From the IMG/VR virus record IMGVR_UViG_3300007735_000784, positions 7,238-71,237 of that record: DNA of 64,000 nt; one strand, given 5' to 3'. Below the pieces are notes generated by a model, which did no database searches, was not told the DNA's origin, and was given only the letters and a program-made list of their open reading frames with translations. The stretch is from a virus. Position 1 is the first letter of the stretch, and each line of letters opens with the position of its first letter. Positions 9,922-21,329 of the stretch are shown here, one piece after another. Position numbers and translations under genes: made by a program.

Positions 9922-10688
9922 GTTTAGGTTTAAGGAAAAATCGACCATTATCTAAAAATGCCTTTGTAAGAGGTAGGGAGGGTATTGGTAATCTTGGATG
10001 CCCTACTATTACAATAGGCGATAATCAAGAAAGTGGGATTGTATTTATTGATGAAGGTGGAGGATTGCTTGCTTTAATTAATGGAGGTGAACCAGTTTAT
10101 ACAATAGGAACTATAACAGGTACAGTTCCATCAGGATTTAATTTAGATATTACTGAAATAGACGGAGAATATTATGTATATTTTGATTTAAAGGCTGATA
10201 CATTTGGTTCTTATACATTTTCAGTAACAGTATTAGATACTAATAACTGTGAAAGTGCTGCTAAGACATTTACTATTGAAGTATGGGCACAGTTTGCTAA
10301 TAAAACTACACAGGTTGTAACTATTGGAGATGCTTTTTTAATAGCTGTATCTGGACTCCCCCTTTATGGCTCGGGTGTAGCTTTAGATTCTATCACTTTG
10401 AATTATGCAAGTGCTGTCGGGTCATTTCCTAATATAGAAGATCCAAACGGTGATTTCACGGCTGATTTATACGGGACAGCACCAACAGGGAATGTTACTG
10501 ATGCTGTAATTTATGATATAACTGAGGCATATCCACCATTTGCAACAGGATCAACTCCATACACAGGATCATTTATTTCTGGATCAGATGGTTTTAGTGA
10601 ATTTGATGGATCAGTTGCTAATGGAGATTGGAAATTTCGTGGGGTGAACGGCACAATTAATTCAGTATCGCTAGTATTTAAACCATAA
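9918..10688 (+). CDS. Ig-like domain structural protein
   Basis: GGEPVY...GTVPSG...GSYTFSVTVLD.NNC Ig-like repeat; FDGSVANGDWKF P-domain-like tail. Confidence 0.5.
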   Translation: MSLGLRKNRPLSKNAFVRGREGIGNLGCPTITIGDNQESGIVFIDEGGGLLALINGGEPVYTIGTITGTVPSGFNLDITEIDGEYYVYFDLKADTFGSYTFSVTVLDTNNCESAAKTFTIEVWAQFANKTTQVVTIGDAFLIAVSGLPLYGSGVALDSITLNYASAVGSFPNIEDPNGDFTADLYGTAPTGNVTDAVIYDITEAYPPFATGSTPYTGSFISGSDGFSEFDGSVANGDWKFRGVNGTINSVSLVFKP

Positions 10689-10690
10689 AA

Positions 10691-11247
10691 ATGATAGGAA
10701 GTTTAAAAAATAAACCAAATAATTTATTAGCACTATTCTTTATATTAGTGTTTATGCTAATTTTAATACTATCTTCATGCGCAACAAGGGAGAAATGCAA
10801 TCAATTATTTCCTCCATCTACAAAGGATAGTATTGTTTATATCACTAAAGATAGCGTTTCGTATAGAGATACTACCATATATATACCAGGTAATACAATA
10901 ACTCTAAGAGATACAATAGTAGATTGTGCAGACTTTGAAAAGGAGCTAGAAGATGCCCGAACAAAACTAAGAATAATAGTAAGAAAAGGAAGATTAACAG
11001 CCACTTGTGAATGTAAGGAGCTAGAGGTTAAATTTAGGGTTTATGAGCATTGGCATACATTAGTAAAAAGCCATGATAGATTAGAATTAAGAACAGCCGC
11101 TACAAAACGCAAACATTGGCTATCTTTTTGGGAGTCATGGGCTGCTATTGGGCTATTAATTGTATTTATTGGAGGCTTTATATTTAAAAAAATAGGGCTA
11201 AAGTTGGCGTTTACCATTACACCCCCATTTATTACAATAGTAAAGAG

Positions 11248-11251
<4 letters not shown>
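10691..11251 (+). CDS. Putative unimolecular spanin (lipoprotein with C-terminal TM helix)
   Basis: Hydrophobic signal ending ILSS-C lipobox; C-terminal TM WAAIGLLIVFIGGFIF followed by KK. Confidence 0.55.
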
Positions 11252-12827
<1,576 letters not shown>

Positions 12828-12844
12828 TTTAAAAAATCAATAAT

Positions 12845-13300
12845 ATGGCATCAGTACCTTTATTAGGAGCAACACCCAAGACAACCTATTGTACTTGGCT
12901 TCCAGCAACAACAGCAAATACTAAATCAGATGGTTCTGGAACTATAGGAACAGATATTTTACTTGCCTGTACAGCAGGTTCTAATGGAGCATGGATAGAC
13001 AGAATACGTCTTATGCCTGTAGGGACAACAGCAGCAACATCAACAGCAACAACAGCTACAGTAGCTAGAATATTTGTATCTACTCAAACATCTGGAGCTA
13101 CCACAAACCTAAATACTCACTCATGGCAAGAGATGTCGTGTCCTGCTCAAACAGTAAATCAAGCTACAGTATCTATTAGCCCAGTAGATGTTCCTGCCGG
13201 TTTTAGATTAGAAGCCGGAGAAAGTATTTTATTTTCTATGTATCATGTAGCAGCAGCTAATACAGCATGGGAATGTACAGTTTTTTCAACAGATTACTAA
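12845..13300 (+). CDS. Fibre-associated structural protein
   Basis: Thr/Ala-rich; TAGSNGAWIDRI, GFRLEAGESI. Confidence 0.45.
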   Translation: MASVPLLGATPKTTYCTWLPATTANTKSDGSGTIGTDILLACTAGSNGAWIDRIRLMPVGTTAATSTATTATVARIFVSTQTSGATTNLNTHSWQEMSCPAQTVNQATVSISPVDVPAGFRLEAGESILFSMYHVAAANTAWECTVFSTDY

Positions 13301-13310
13301 AATCTAGTCT

Positions 13311-14243
13311 ATGAGTTATATAGAAGGAGGAGAAAACGAATTATATAAGAATACTTGTAGAGTAAGCACTTTTAGACCGTTACAACAAAGGGGTTCAAGT
13401 ATTGAAAGATGGCAAACTTGGCAACCAACACCTCAAGAAACCATGGCCTATTTTTTATGTATAGGTGGTGGTGGTGGTGGTGGAGGAGGATTCTCAGGAC
13501 TTACACTAACAGCTAGAGGTGGAGGAGGTGGTGGAGGTTCCGCAGGTCAAACAAGAGGATTAATACCTTTAATGTTCTTACCTAAAATATTATATATCTC
13601 AGTAGCAGTAGGTGGTGCAGGAGGAACCGCAGGAGTAAGTGGTGGAACTGCAAGTAGAAGTTATATATCTGTAGCTCCTAATAGCACTGCGGGAAATCGT
13701 GTTATGTCATCTGCTGGATCTTCTAATGGAGCTACTGGTGGAGCTGCTGGTACAGCCGCAGGTGCATCTGCTGGTGGTAATGGAGAAGCAGCAGGTGCTT
13801 TCACTGACCAGATGGTAGGTCAATGGGGAATATTTCAGTTTTTAGCAGGTAAGAATGGAGCTGCGGCTGGTGCTTTAGGATTAGCAGGAGGATCCAATAC
13901 ATTATATACTACAGGTTGTTCTAATGGAGGTAGTGGTGGTGGAAGCACTACAGCACTTAATGTTGCAGGAGCAGGAGGTGCCCAAACTGGAGTTGGTATT
14001 TGGGATAGCATACCAGGAGGTGCTGTAGCAGGACCAATAGATGGATCTACAGGATATAATACTAGATTTGAAATGATACTTCCTTATGGGGGAAGCGGAG
14101 GAGCATCAGGAACAACAGGAATAGGAGGTAATGGTGGTGATGGAGGATTCCCAGGTGGAGGTGGCGGAGGAGGTGGAGGAGGAACTACAGGAGGAGCTGG
14201 TGGTAATGGAGGTGATGGAATAGTAATGATTATATCATGGTAA
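13311..14243 (+). CDS. Glycine-rich tail-fibre/receptor-binding protein, paralog 1
   Basis: IGGGGGGG, GGGGGGSAG, GGNGGDGIVMIISW. Confidence 0.7.
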   Translation: MSYIEGGENELYKNTCRVSTFRPLQQRGSSIERWQTWQPTPQETMAYFLCIGGGGGGGGGFSGLTLTARGGGGGGGSAGQTRGLIPLMFLPKILYISVAVGGAGGTAGVSGGTASRSYISVAPNSTAGNRVMSSAGSSNGATGGAAGTAAGASAGGNGEAAGAFTDQMVGQWGIFQFLAGKNGAAAGALGLAGGSNTLYTTGCSNGGSGGGSTTALNVAGAGGAQTGVGIWDSIPGGAVAGPIDGSTGYNTRFEMILPYGGSGGASGTTGIGGNGGDGGFPGGGGGGGGGGTTGGAGGNGGDGIVMIISW

Positions 14244-14258
14244 TTAAAATTTTAAGTT

Positions 14259-15194
14259 ATGTATATTGAACCAGGAGATAACAGTCTTAATAGAACTAGA
14301 AATAGAGTAAGTATGTTTACTACTATGGGAGGTGCTGTAGGTACTTCATGGCAAACATGGCAACCTAATCCAGATGAAACTATGGCTTACATTATATGTG
14401 TAGGAGGAGGAGGTTCTGGAGCAGGCGGCTTCTCCGGTCTAGCAGGTTCTATCCGTGGTGGTGGAGGTGGTGGAGGTGCAGCAGGACAGACTAGATGTAT
14501 AATCCCTTTAATGTTTTTACCTAAGATTCTTTATATTTCACCCGGAGCAGGAGGAGCATCAGTAGCCGCTTCTACAAATGGTAATCCTGGAACTTTATCT
14601 TATGTATGTGTTGCACCTAATACTACAGCAGCTAATGTTATTGTTCAATCTGGAGCCGCAAGAGCTTCTAACACAGTAGCAACAGCAGGATCAGGAACAA
14701 CAGCAGGAGCAGGTGGTACAGCAGAAACTATTAGCACTGTATTATTATGTGTAGTGGGACAGTGGGGACTATTACAGTTTCTTGCCGGTAAAGCAGGAGC
14801 AGCCGCAGGAGCCGTTACGGGAGCCGCAGGAGGATCTAATACATTATATACAGCAGGTTGTTCTAATGGTGGAGCTGGTGGAGCTAGTACTCCAGCAGCT
14901 AATACTAACTTTGCAGGAGGTGCCCAAACAGGTGCAGGTATATGGCCTACTATGCCAGGTGGTACAGCAGGAGGTAATCCTGGATCAGGGGCTACGGGTT
15001 ATAATAATATGTTTGAAATGATTTTGCCTTATGGAGGTACAGGTGGTGGTACTGGAGGTACAGCACTTACTGTAGCAGGAAATGGTGGTGATGGAGGCTT
15101 TCCTGGTGGTGGAGGTGGTGGCGGTGGTGGTGGTGTTACTGGAGGGAGAGGTGGTAAAGGTGGTGATGGTTGCGTATGGATAATCTCATGGTAA
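14259..15194 (+). CDS. Glycine-rich tail-fibre/receptor-binding protein, paralog 2
   Basis: Shares WQTWQP, IPLMFLPKILYIS, QFLAGK, FEMILPYGG and IISW with the upstream gene. Confidence 0.7.
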   Translation: MYIEPGDNSLNRTRNRVSMFTTMGGAVGTSWQTWQPNPDETMAYIICVGGGGSGAGGFSGLAGSIRGGGGGGGAAGQTRCIIPLMFLPKILYISPGAGGASVAASTNGNPGTLSYVCVAPNTTAANVIVQSGAARASNTVATAGSGTTAGAGGTAETISTVLLCVVGQWGLLQFLAGKAGAAAGAVTGAAGGSNTLYTAGCSNGGAGGASTPAANTNFAGGAQTGAGIWPTMPGGTAGGNPGSGATGYNNMFEMILPYGGTGGGTGGTALTVAGNGGDGGFPGGGGGGGGGGVTGGRGGKGGDGCVWIISW

Positions 15195-16888
15195 AATTTG
15201 ATGTAGTCCTCATAGCTAGAAACGAAGATAAAACACTTCCTCGTTTATTAAAATCACTTAATGAGTTTAAATCATTAGGTGGTAAAGTATATATATTAGA
15301 TACAGGTTCAAAAGATAATACAGTCCAAGTGGCTAAACAATGGGGATGCCACGTAGAAGAAGTAGGTGATAAGTTTAGAATCACAATTAATAAAGAACTT
15401 GCCAACCAAATAAATGCGTTTACAGGAACACAAATAGTAAAAGACGGTGATAGTGTATTTGACTACGCATCTGCCCGTAACTACATAGCTAACTTCGCTA
15501 CCCATGACATGATAGCCACTCCTGATTGTGATGAAATATGGACAAAATTTAATATAGATAAGATAAATCAAGCCGTAGAACAAGCCGATCAATTAGAATA
15601 TAACTTCGTATTTGCTCACGACGAGAACGGCAAAGAACTCGTAAAATTCCTACACTCTAAATTCTACAACAGAAATAAAATGAAATGGGTAGGCATTATC
15701 CATGAAGTATTACAAGGAGAAGGTAAGCGATTATTCCTAGATGAGAGTATAATTAAACTCGAACATTGGCAAAATCCAGAAACAAATAGAAGCGGATACC
15801 TACCTGGACTTGCTATTGATTGTTATACAAACCAAGATAATGACAGGAACGCCCACTACTTTGGTAGAGAGTTAATGTATCATGGATATTTTGAAGCAGC
15901 TATAAAACAGTTAGAACGACATATAGCTATGGATAAGTGGCCTACTGAAAGATCACAAAGCATGATATTTATAGGGGACTGTTTGCAATACATGAATAAA
16001 TTTGATGCGTCATGGTATTTAAAAGCGTTTGATCTAGAACCAAACCGCAGGGAACCTCTAATGAAACTTGCTGAATATTACTATCAGCAGGGCAAAAAAG
16101 AGCAAACCAGAGCCTATGGTGAAGCCGCACTAACCATCCAAGGCAATAATTTCTACGCAAATTACCAACCTTATTATGAAGATCGGCCACATGAACTATT
16201 GTATTGGGCATGGGATGGCATAGATAAAGCAAAATCGGATTATCATTGGGATCAAGCATATAAGTTTAACCCACATAACACTAAAACATTATCAGGAGCC
16301 TCATATAGGTTTAATCTACCAAAAGTTAGTATTATAATACCACAGCTAGGTAGAGAAGAAGGATTAAAAAGATGCTTAGACTCTATAAAAAACCTTGACT
16401 ACCCAAACGCTTTAATAGAAACCATCGTTGTTGAGGGAGAAGAAACAGTGCCTATCAAGGTTCAAAAAGGACTAGAAAAGTCTACCGGAGAATATATATG
16501 TTATGCTGCCAACGACGTAGAATTTACACCAGATAGCCTTAAAATAGCTATCCAAGACTCTATTAAACTAAACAAAGGACTTGTTTCATTTACAAGTGGA
16601 TCACTATTGCCGGACAATGGCAATATTTGTGAGCACTTTATAATTAAGCGAGAACTTATTGATAAGCTAGAAGCTAGACAAATATTCTCTACCGACTTTA
16701 ATCACGTAGGAGTAGATAATTGGCTATGGGCACAGGCTACTAAGTTAGATACATCATATAGATCAACAGCGTTTATACACCACTACCACTTCTCAAAAGG
16801 AGCTGAATTAGATAATGTTTATAAAAGGGGATGGGATAAAGTAATGAGAGATAGAGAAATTTTACAAAATAAATTAAGTAAATTATAA
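15188..16888 (+). CDS. GT2 glycosyltransferase with TPR repeats and a second C-terminal GT2 domain
   Basis: Likely ATG 15188 (MVKFDVVLIARNE), LDTGSKD, ARN, DCDE, IHE, TPR-like helices, then PKVSIIIP...ANDVEF. Confidence 0.8.
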   Translation: MVKFDVVLIARNEDKTLPRLLKSLNEFKSLGGKVYILDTGSKDNTVQVAKQWGCHVEEVGDKFRITINKELANQINAFTGTQIVKDGDSVFDYASARNYIANFATHDMIATPDCDEIWTKFNIDKINQAVEQADQLEYNFVFAHDENGKELVKFLHSKFYNRNKMKWVGIIHEVLQGEGKRLFLDESIIKLEHWQNPETNRSGYLPGLAIDCYTNQDNDRNAHYFGRELMYHGYFEAAIKQLERHIAMDKWPTERSQSMIFIGDCLQYMNKFDASWYLKAFDLEPNRREPLMKLAEYYYQQGKKEQTRAYGEAALTIQGNNFYANYQPYYEDRPHELLYWAWDGIDKAKSDYHWDQAYKFNPHNTKTLSGASYRFNLPKVSIIIPQLGREEGLKRCLDSIKNLDYPNALIETIVVEGEETVPIKVQKGLEKSTGEYICYAANDVEFTPDSLKIAIQDSIKLNKGLVSFTSGSLLPDNGNICEHFIIKRELIDKLEARQIFSTDFNHVGVDNWLWAQATKLDTSYRSTAFIHHYHFSKGAELDNVYKRGWDKVMRDREILQNKLSKL

Positions 16889-16895
16889 TATTTCT

Positions 16896-16903
16896 TATAT
16901 TTG
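16896..16903 (+). promoter_or_regulatory. Bacteroidota -7 promoter element
   Basis: TATATTTG upstream of ATG 16919. Confidence 0.5.
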
Positions 16904-16918
16904 ACAAACTATTTATCT

Positions 16919-17119
16919 ATGTGGAAGCGATATTTAAGCCCAACGCCTGCTAATGTAGCAAGAATAATGCTAATAATCAAAGGTGGATTAGCGATATTTA
17001 TAGGATCAGAGATAGCAACTCACGATTATCGGATGGCAACTTATGGTGCCATAGTAGGTTTTATACTACAGGAGCTTGCTAATTTCCTAACTGAGAAACC
17101 TAAAGACGATGCTAATTAA
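16919..17119 (+). CDS. Putative holin (two TM helices)
   Basis: MWKRYLSPTP start, two hydrophobic segments, charged C-terminus; start moved to ATG 16919. Confidence 0.5.
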   Translation: MWKRYLSPTPANVARIMLIIKGGLAIFIGSEIATHDYRMATYGAIVGFILQELANFLTEKPKDDAN

Positions 17120-17246
17120 TGTATTAATAATAGCTATAGTTGGCGTTTCTACAATCATAACCCTTATATTATATAAGACAAGAGATAGAAAGTTTAATCA
17201 AAAGCATAGGAAGAATACCATTAAAGACCGAAGATATGATAAGTAA
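17109..17246 (+). CDS. Small single-TM membrane protein (45 aa)
   Basis: MLINVLIIAIVGVSTIITLILYKTRDRK..., overlaps both neighbours; below the ORF-track cutoff. Confidence 0.45.
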   Translation: MLINVLIIAIVGVSTIITLILYKTRDRKFNQKHRKNTIKDRRYDK

Positions 17247-17523
17247 TGAGATCTACACAGTAATAGGCTTATGTATAGGGATGGCAGGAATATTAAGTGC
17301 CGTTATTGGAGCCTGGATAAACATAAAAACAAAATTAGCGTCTATGGAAGTAAAGATGCTTGAATTAGAAAAGGACATCCGAAAGACAGACGAAGATGTA
17401 AAGGATCACAAGTCAGAGGTTAAAGTTTACATGGATAAGGTAGATAAGAAGCTAGGCAATATCCACGAAGGTATCAATGATATTAAGGTTACGTTGGCTA
17501 ATAAGCAGGACAGGAAGGGTTAA
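17236..17523 (+). CDS. Membrane protein with coiled coil (lysis-cassette type)
   Basis: N-terminal TM helix followed by heptad repeats. Confidence 0.5.
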   Translation: MISNEIYTVIGLCIGMAGILSAVIGAWINIKTKLASMEVKMLELEKDIRKTDEDVKDHKSEVKVYMDKVDKKLGNIHEGINDIKVTLANKQDRKG

Positions 17524-17762
17524 AGCTCTTTATCCATTAGTTTTAAAACCTGCGTCCATACCTCTTTAGTTTTATAAGACGTTTCAATAAGAACTCCACC
17601 AGAAAGATAGATGTCTAATCCATATAGCTTAGTATCGTCTTTAAATGCGTAGTATCCCTTAAAATCTATTTGATTAAATGATACCATTACAATTCCATCT
17701 ATGTAGATTTTTACTCTACCGTTGTAGATGTCTAGGGTGTAGGTGTGTTGATCGTTATTCAT
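17520..17762 (-). CDS. Hypothetical protein
   Basis: 80-aa ORF ending the minus-strand block. Confidence 0.5.
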   Translation of the reverse strand: MNNDQHTYTLDIYNGRVKIYIDGIVMVSFNQIDFKGYYAFKDDTKLYGLDIYLSGGVLIETSYKTKEVWTQVLKLMDKEL

Positions 17763-17771
17763 GTTTATTTT

Positions 17772-18278
17772 TTACGTTAATTTAAGGTAAAGGTTGCGTT
17801 CTATTTCATATAATTTCTCGATCCTACTTACATTCTTATTATAAATGAGCATCTTGGTTCTATCTTGGAACTCCCATTTTTCGTGGCAGCCGTTGGTTCC
17901 TAATCCACAGCAGAGTATATTGTGATTCAGAGGGTGAAACGCCAACTTTGGGTGTGCCCCTCTGGTGAGTATATGGCTTACATAACTATGGCTAAATTCT
18001 TTTAGCTCCATCCCACATTCTTCGCATTTACATATCCCCTGTTTATTGGCCGACAATAACCACATAGCCTGATAGTATTCCATTTTCTTGGCCGATTTAG
18101 CCTTGGTTTTATCTGAGGGCTTATACGAAAGTTTGCGTTTTGTCTTATTTTTAATAGCCTTGAAATGCGTTTCACATATCCTAGAGCAAACAGATTGAAG
18201 TGGTCTAATAGGCATAAAATCCAACTTACAATACTTGCACTTCTTTATTTTAAGGATGGGATTCATATAGATTTCCAA
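17772..18278 (-). CDS. NinG/Rap-like HNH nuclease
   Basis: CKYC..FMP.RPLQ.VCS..C N-terminus; CEECG...SHIL.RGAHP.LAF...N...LC...CH. Confidence 0.65.
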   Translation of the reverse strand: MEIYMNPILKIKKCKYCKLDFMPIRPLQSVCSRICETHFKAIKNKTKRKLSYKPSDKTKAKSAKKMEYYQAMWLLSANKQGICKCEECGMELKEFSHSYVSHILTRGAHPKLAFHPLNHNILCCGLGTNGCHEKWEFQDRTKMLIYNKNVSRIEKLYEIERNLYLKLT

Positions 18279-18481
18279 TTTAATGAAGGCTTAAACTCCC
18301 TAAATCTAATCACCGGATCTATATTCAATAGATGACAAGCCTCAATATACTCATTGAGTGTGAGTTTCTCCAGGCGAATATTAATTCTCTCATAGCTCCA
18401 GCCTGTCATCTGACAAAACTGCTTCATAGTTATCTTTCGCTTTTTTAATTCAGCCTTTAATGCTAATACAAAATTGTTCAT
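18263..18481 (-). CDS. XRE-family HTH regulator
   Basis: LKKRKITMKQFCQMTGWS...LTLNEYIEACHLL; ATG at 18481 downstream of a minus-strand TATATTTG (18498-18505). Confidence 0.6.
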   Translation of the reverse strand: MNNFVLALKAELKKRKITMKQFCQMTGWSYERINIRLEKLTLNEYIEACHLLNIDPVIRFREFKPSLNWKSI

Positions 18482-18541
18482 AGTGTCTAATTTTGTACAA
18501 ATATAGTGCAATTATATGAAACGCCAAAGTTAGCGTTGTAA

Positions 18542-18985
18542 TTAATACATCTCTGGGTTCTTATATACCCATACACATTCTAGTATAGGAGCATCACCTG
18601 AGAATATAAGTTTTGATGGCTTATCTATGAACTCTACCCCGTTCCATTTATATACAGCAGGGTGCCTTACATAAGCTATTCCAGATGGTGTGTGTATCTT
18701 TGTAGCAAAGCAGGTTGTTACTCTTAAAATGCTGCTATTAGGGAATGAGAATAGGTTTCCATAAACGTCTGTGGTCTTAATAAAGCCCGTATATTGGCCT
18801 CTGGTGTCCATATCATTAATGATGTCTAATGCAAGTATAGTTAGCGTTTCGGTCTTAATTTCAGCCACTATAATAGGCAAATATGCCCTAGTCTTTTCAA
18901 TATTAATCTTAAACTTCATGCCGGTCTTATCTCTGTTTTTAATAATGGATTCAAACGCTTTTCTAAATTCTGTTTCCATTTGCAT
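18542..18985 (-). CDS. Hypothetical protein
   Basis: 147-aa ORF. Confidence 0.5.
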   Translation of the reverse strand: MQMETEFRKAFESIIKNRDKTGMKFKINIEKTRAYLPIIVAEIKTETLTILALDIINDMDTRGQYTGFIKTTDVYGNLFSFPNSSILRVTTCFATKIHTPSGIAYVRHPAVYKWNGVEFIDKPSKLIFSGDAPILECVWVYKNPEMY

Positions 18986-19137
18986 AGTTTATAGGCTCCT
19001 GTTATAATAGTGCTGCCATCACGAGTATTGATGAGGGCATACTTTTTTGGAACGCTATCTTTGCCTTCTGTGGGTTTCTTTTTAAGGGGATCTTCTCCCG
19101 TCTTTTTGGCTATTGCAGCTCGTTGATATTCATTCAT
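18916..19137 (-). CDS. Hypothetical protein
   Basis: 73-aa ORF. Confidence 0.4.
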   Translation of the reverse strand: MNEYQRAAIAKKTGEDPLKKKPTEGKDSVPKKYALINTRDGSTIITGAYKLCKWKQNLEKRLNPLLKTEIRPA

Positions 19138-19435
19138 AGTTTTACAATCGCTTTTTAAAAATAATGCTTTTTGAAAACGCTTTTTAAAATTGCATATTAA
19201 GCCCTGGAACCGCTATTATATATTATGTATAGTTTGCGTTTCAGATGCTATTAATGCCGTTCTAAGGGGTTCTGTTCTTATGGGTTTCTTACCTGCGTTA
19301 CTATTATTCCTGTCCCAATAAGCCGGTTCACTATCTGTGAATAGCTTAATTTTGTGGTGAGTGTGTGCTGGTGGTTTGCCCGTCTTAAAATAAAGGTTTT
19401 ATATCTCATAGGTTAGTTATTTAAAGTTAGCGTTT

Positions 19436-19675
19436 CTAATAGTTATACTCTACACTAATAGCCCGTTCAAAATTATACATATTGTCCAGGGCTGCCAAAT
19501 ATTGATAGGTGGCTAGTTCGTTGTCCATCTCGGTCCATTCTTTTGTAAATTCTGGGCTGTTATTAAATAGCAGGTTCCCCCAATCAATCAAATGATTGTA
19601 GAATAATTCTGTGGGATATATGGACCTTAGCCAATTTTGGCGTTTCTCCAAGTGGTTTGGCATATTTATTTGCAT
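19436..19675 (-). CDS. Hypothetical protein
   Basis: 79-aa ORF. Confidence 0.5.
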   Translation of the reverse strand: MQINMPNHLEKRQNWLRSIYPTELFYNHLIDWGNLLFNNSPEFTKEWTEMDNELATYQYLAALDNMYNFERAISVEYNY

Positions 19676-19785
19676 AACTATTAAGGTATAAAATTGATAT
19701 TATTAATAGAGTGAATGTTATTATAAGCCAAACAAGGCCGCTAAAATTATGCTTTTTAATCATTGGTTAGAATGCTTTTTGAAAA

Positions 19786-19816
19786 TATACCCGTTTTAAG
19801 CGTTTGCAAACGGGTA
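19786..19816. terminator. Hairpin between minus-strand genes
   Basis: TATACCCGTTT...AAACGGGTATA inverted repeat. Confidence 0.45.
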
Positions 19817-19843
19817 TAATATTAGTAATGAGCTAGTTGTAAA

Positions 19844-20134
19844 TTACCCAAAAATTGATTTAGGTAGGTTCTTGTACATCTCTTGCATTTCAATAACATA
19901 AGTACAATAAACTAAAGTATCTTCTAGCTGCTTAATGTAATAAATAGCTGCTTTTTCGTCTTTTAGTTTTAGATATTCTTCTATTTCATCTAAAACTTCA
20001 TAGGAGCAATCTCTTTGCACTCTCATATCATCATGAAATTGATCGAAAATAGGAGTATCTGCGTCTAATTCATTATACTTTAAGCTAATTTGATTAACAA
20101 AAGTACAAGCGGCCTTTAACAAGTTCTTCTTCAT
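19844..20134 (-). CDS. Hypothetical protein
   Basis: 96-aa ORF with the conserved leader motif. Confidence 0.55.
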   Translation of the reverse strand: MKKNLLKAACTFVNQISLKYNELDADTPIFDQFHDDMRVQRDCSYEVLDEIEEYLKLKDEKAAIYYIKQLEDTLVYCTYVIEMQEMYKNLPKSIFG

Positions 20135-20391
20135 GGCTATTAATTTAGTGGTTTATAAAAAATGCTTTTTAAAATTATGGTATTAATGTAGGTGCGTTAT
20201 TTAACAGATAATATTGGCGTTTCTAGTTAAAGCTATCTAGCTTTTCCTTCCACTTATGGAATAGGAGTGCTTGTCCTTGTGGTTCTTTATAGTTTAATAT
20301 CATTCGTTTGCATGGTTCTAGCTGATCCGGTAATTTACAGGACTCAATGCATCTGGCAATAAAAAAAAAGGAGTTCATGGTTTTACGGGTT

Positions 20392-20589
20392 TTAAGGTTT
20401 GCATTTTATTTTTCTTAAATTGTACGGGGTTGCATCTAAATAATAATCAAAAGTATAGCCTAATTTATTTAGCTTCTTTAATAGTTTATCAGATAACATA
20501 TATGTATCACAGTCGCCAAAATTATCTATAATATTCCTAACTTTTTTAGGTAATAATTCAGGGCGTTCAAAAAAATCTATATTTGTCAT
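20392..20589 (-). CDS. Hypothetical protein
   Basis: 65-aa ORF (DFFERPELLP...GYTFDYYLDA.PY.L). Confidence 0.55.
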   Translation of the reverse strand: MTNIDFFERPELLPKKVRNIIDNFGDCDTYMLSDKLLKKLNKLGYTFDYYLDATPYNLRKIKCKP

Positions 20590-20613
20590 ATTAATTAAAG
20601 TTTGCGTTTTATA

Positions 20614-21231
20614 TTATTCGTAAATTTCAATGTTAAACAGGTCCTGAGTTATACATTCTGCATCAATTACTCTTTTAAAGTCAAAATACACGTTACCTCC
20701 GCATTCAATTTCTTCATAGGTGTTTGTTTCCTCTGCTGCGTCTTTATATATGCTCCAAAGGTCGTTGCCTTCTTTTACTTCAATATCATTAGCGGCAAAT
20801 TTCTTTTTGATGAGGTCTAAAAAATCCCTTTCTCCAAAGTTATTCCAGGCTTCTTCTATTAGTTCCTGCTCTACTTCGCTGCAATCTTCATCATCTATGC
20901 ACGGGTAATTATATAGGGCCGTTAAAGTTTCTATTATTTCCTCGTTGTCACATTGGCCGTTTATATATATTATCTCGCTGTTGTATGCTCCATTAATTTT
21001 AATTACGTTTGGATCGTCTTTGAATAGGTCCATAAATATACGTACATTGGACCTTTCTACATGGTAACTATTATCATAGTCTCCAAAAGATAGTAATTTG
21101 CATTGGAACCAGTCGTTGTTCTTGTTTGCGCTGGCCTGGTGTGCTGCGTATTGGCTTGGGCGGCCTTCTTCGTCCTTTACCCAACTATCATAGCTTTTAA
21201 ATTCGTCGAATAATGTGGTTTTGTTTTGCAT
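20614..21231 (-). CDS. Acidic hypothetical protein
   Basis: 205 aa, Asp/Glu-rich, conserved leader. Confidence 0.6.
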   Translation of the reverse strand: MQNKTTLFDEFKSYDSWVKDEEGRPSQYAAHQASANKNNDWFQCKLLSFGDYDNSYHVERSNVRIFMDLFKDDPNVIKINGAYNSEIIYINGQCDNEEIIETLTALYNYPCIDDEDCSEVEQELIEEAWNNFGERDFLDLIKKKFAANDIEVKEGNDLWSIYKDAAEETNTYEEIECGGNVYFDFKRVIDAECITQDLFNIEIYE

Positions 21232-21266
21232 GGTCGTTTTATTTTAGTGGTTATTAATTAGTTTCA

Positions 21267-21312
21267 CCAGGTTTAGCCGGTCCCGTTTTTAGTGGGTGCC
21301 GGCGGCCTGGTT
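21267..21312 (-). terminator. GC-rich hairpin (terminator or RNA processing site)
   Basis: ACCAGG..GCCGG.CCC...GGG.GCCGGC..CCTGGT nested stem between two minus-strand genes. Confidence 0.5.
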
Positions 21313-21329
21313 TGTTTTGGATTTAATTT

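Noticed and set aside
13311-15194. Diversity-generating retroelement TR/VR pair
   Set aside because: Whole-gene paralogy without adenine-specific differences; no reverse transcriptase in the window
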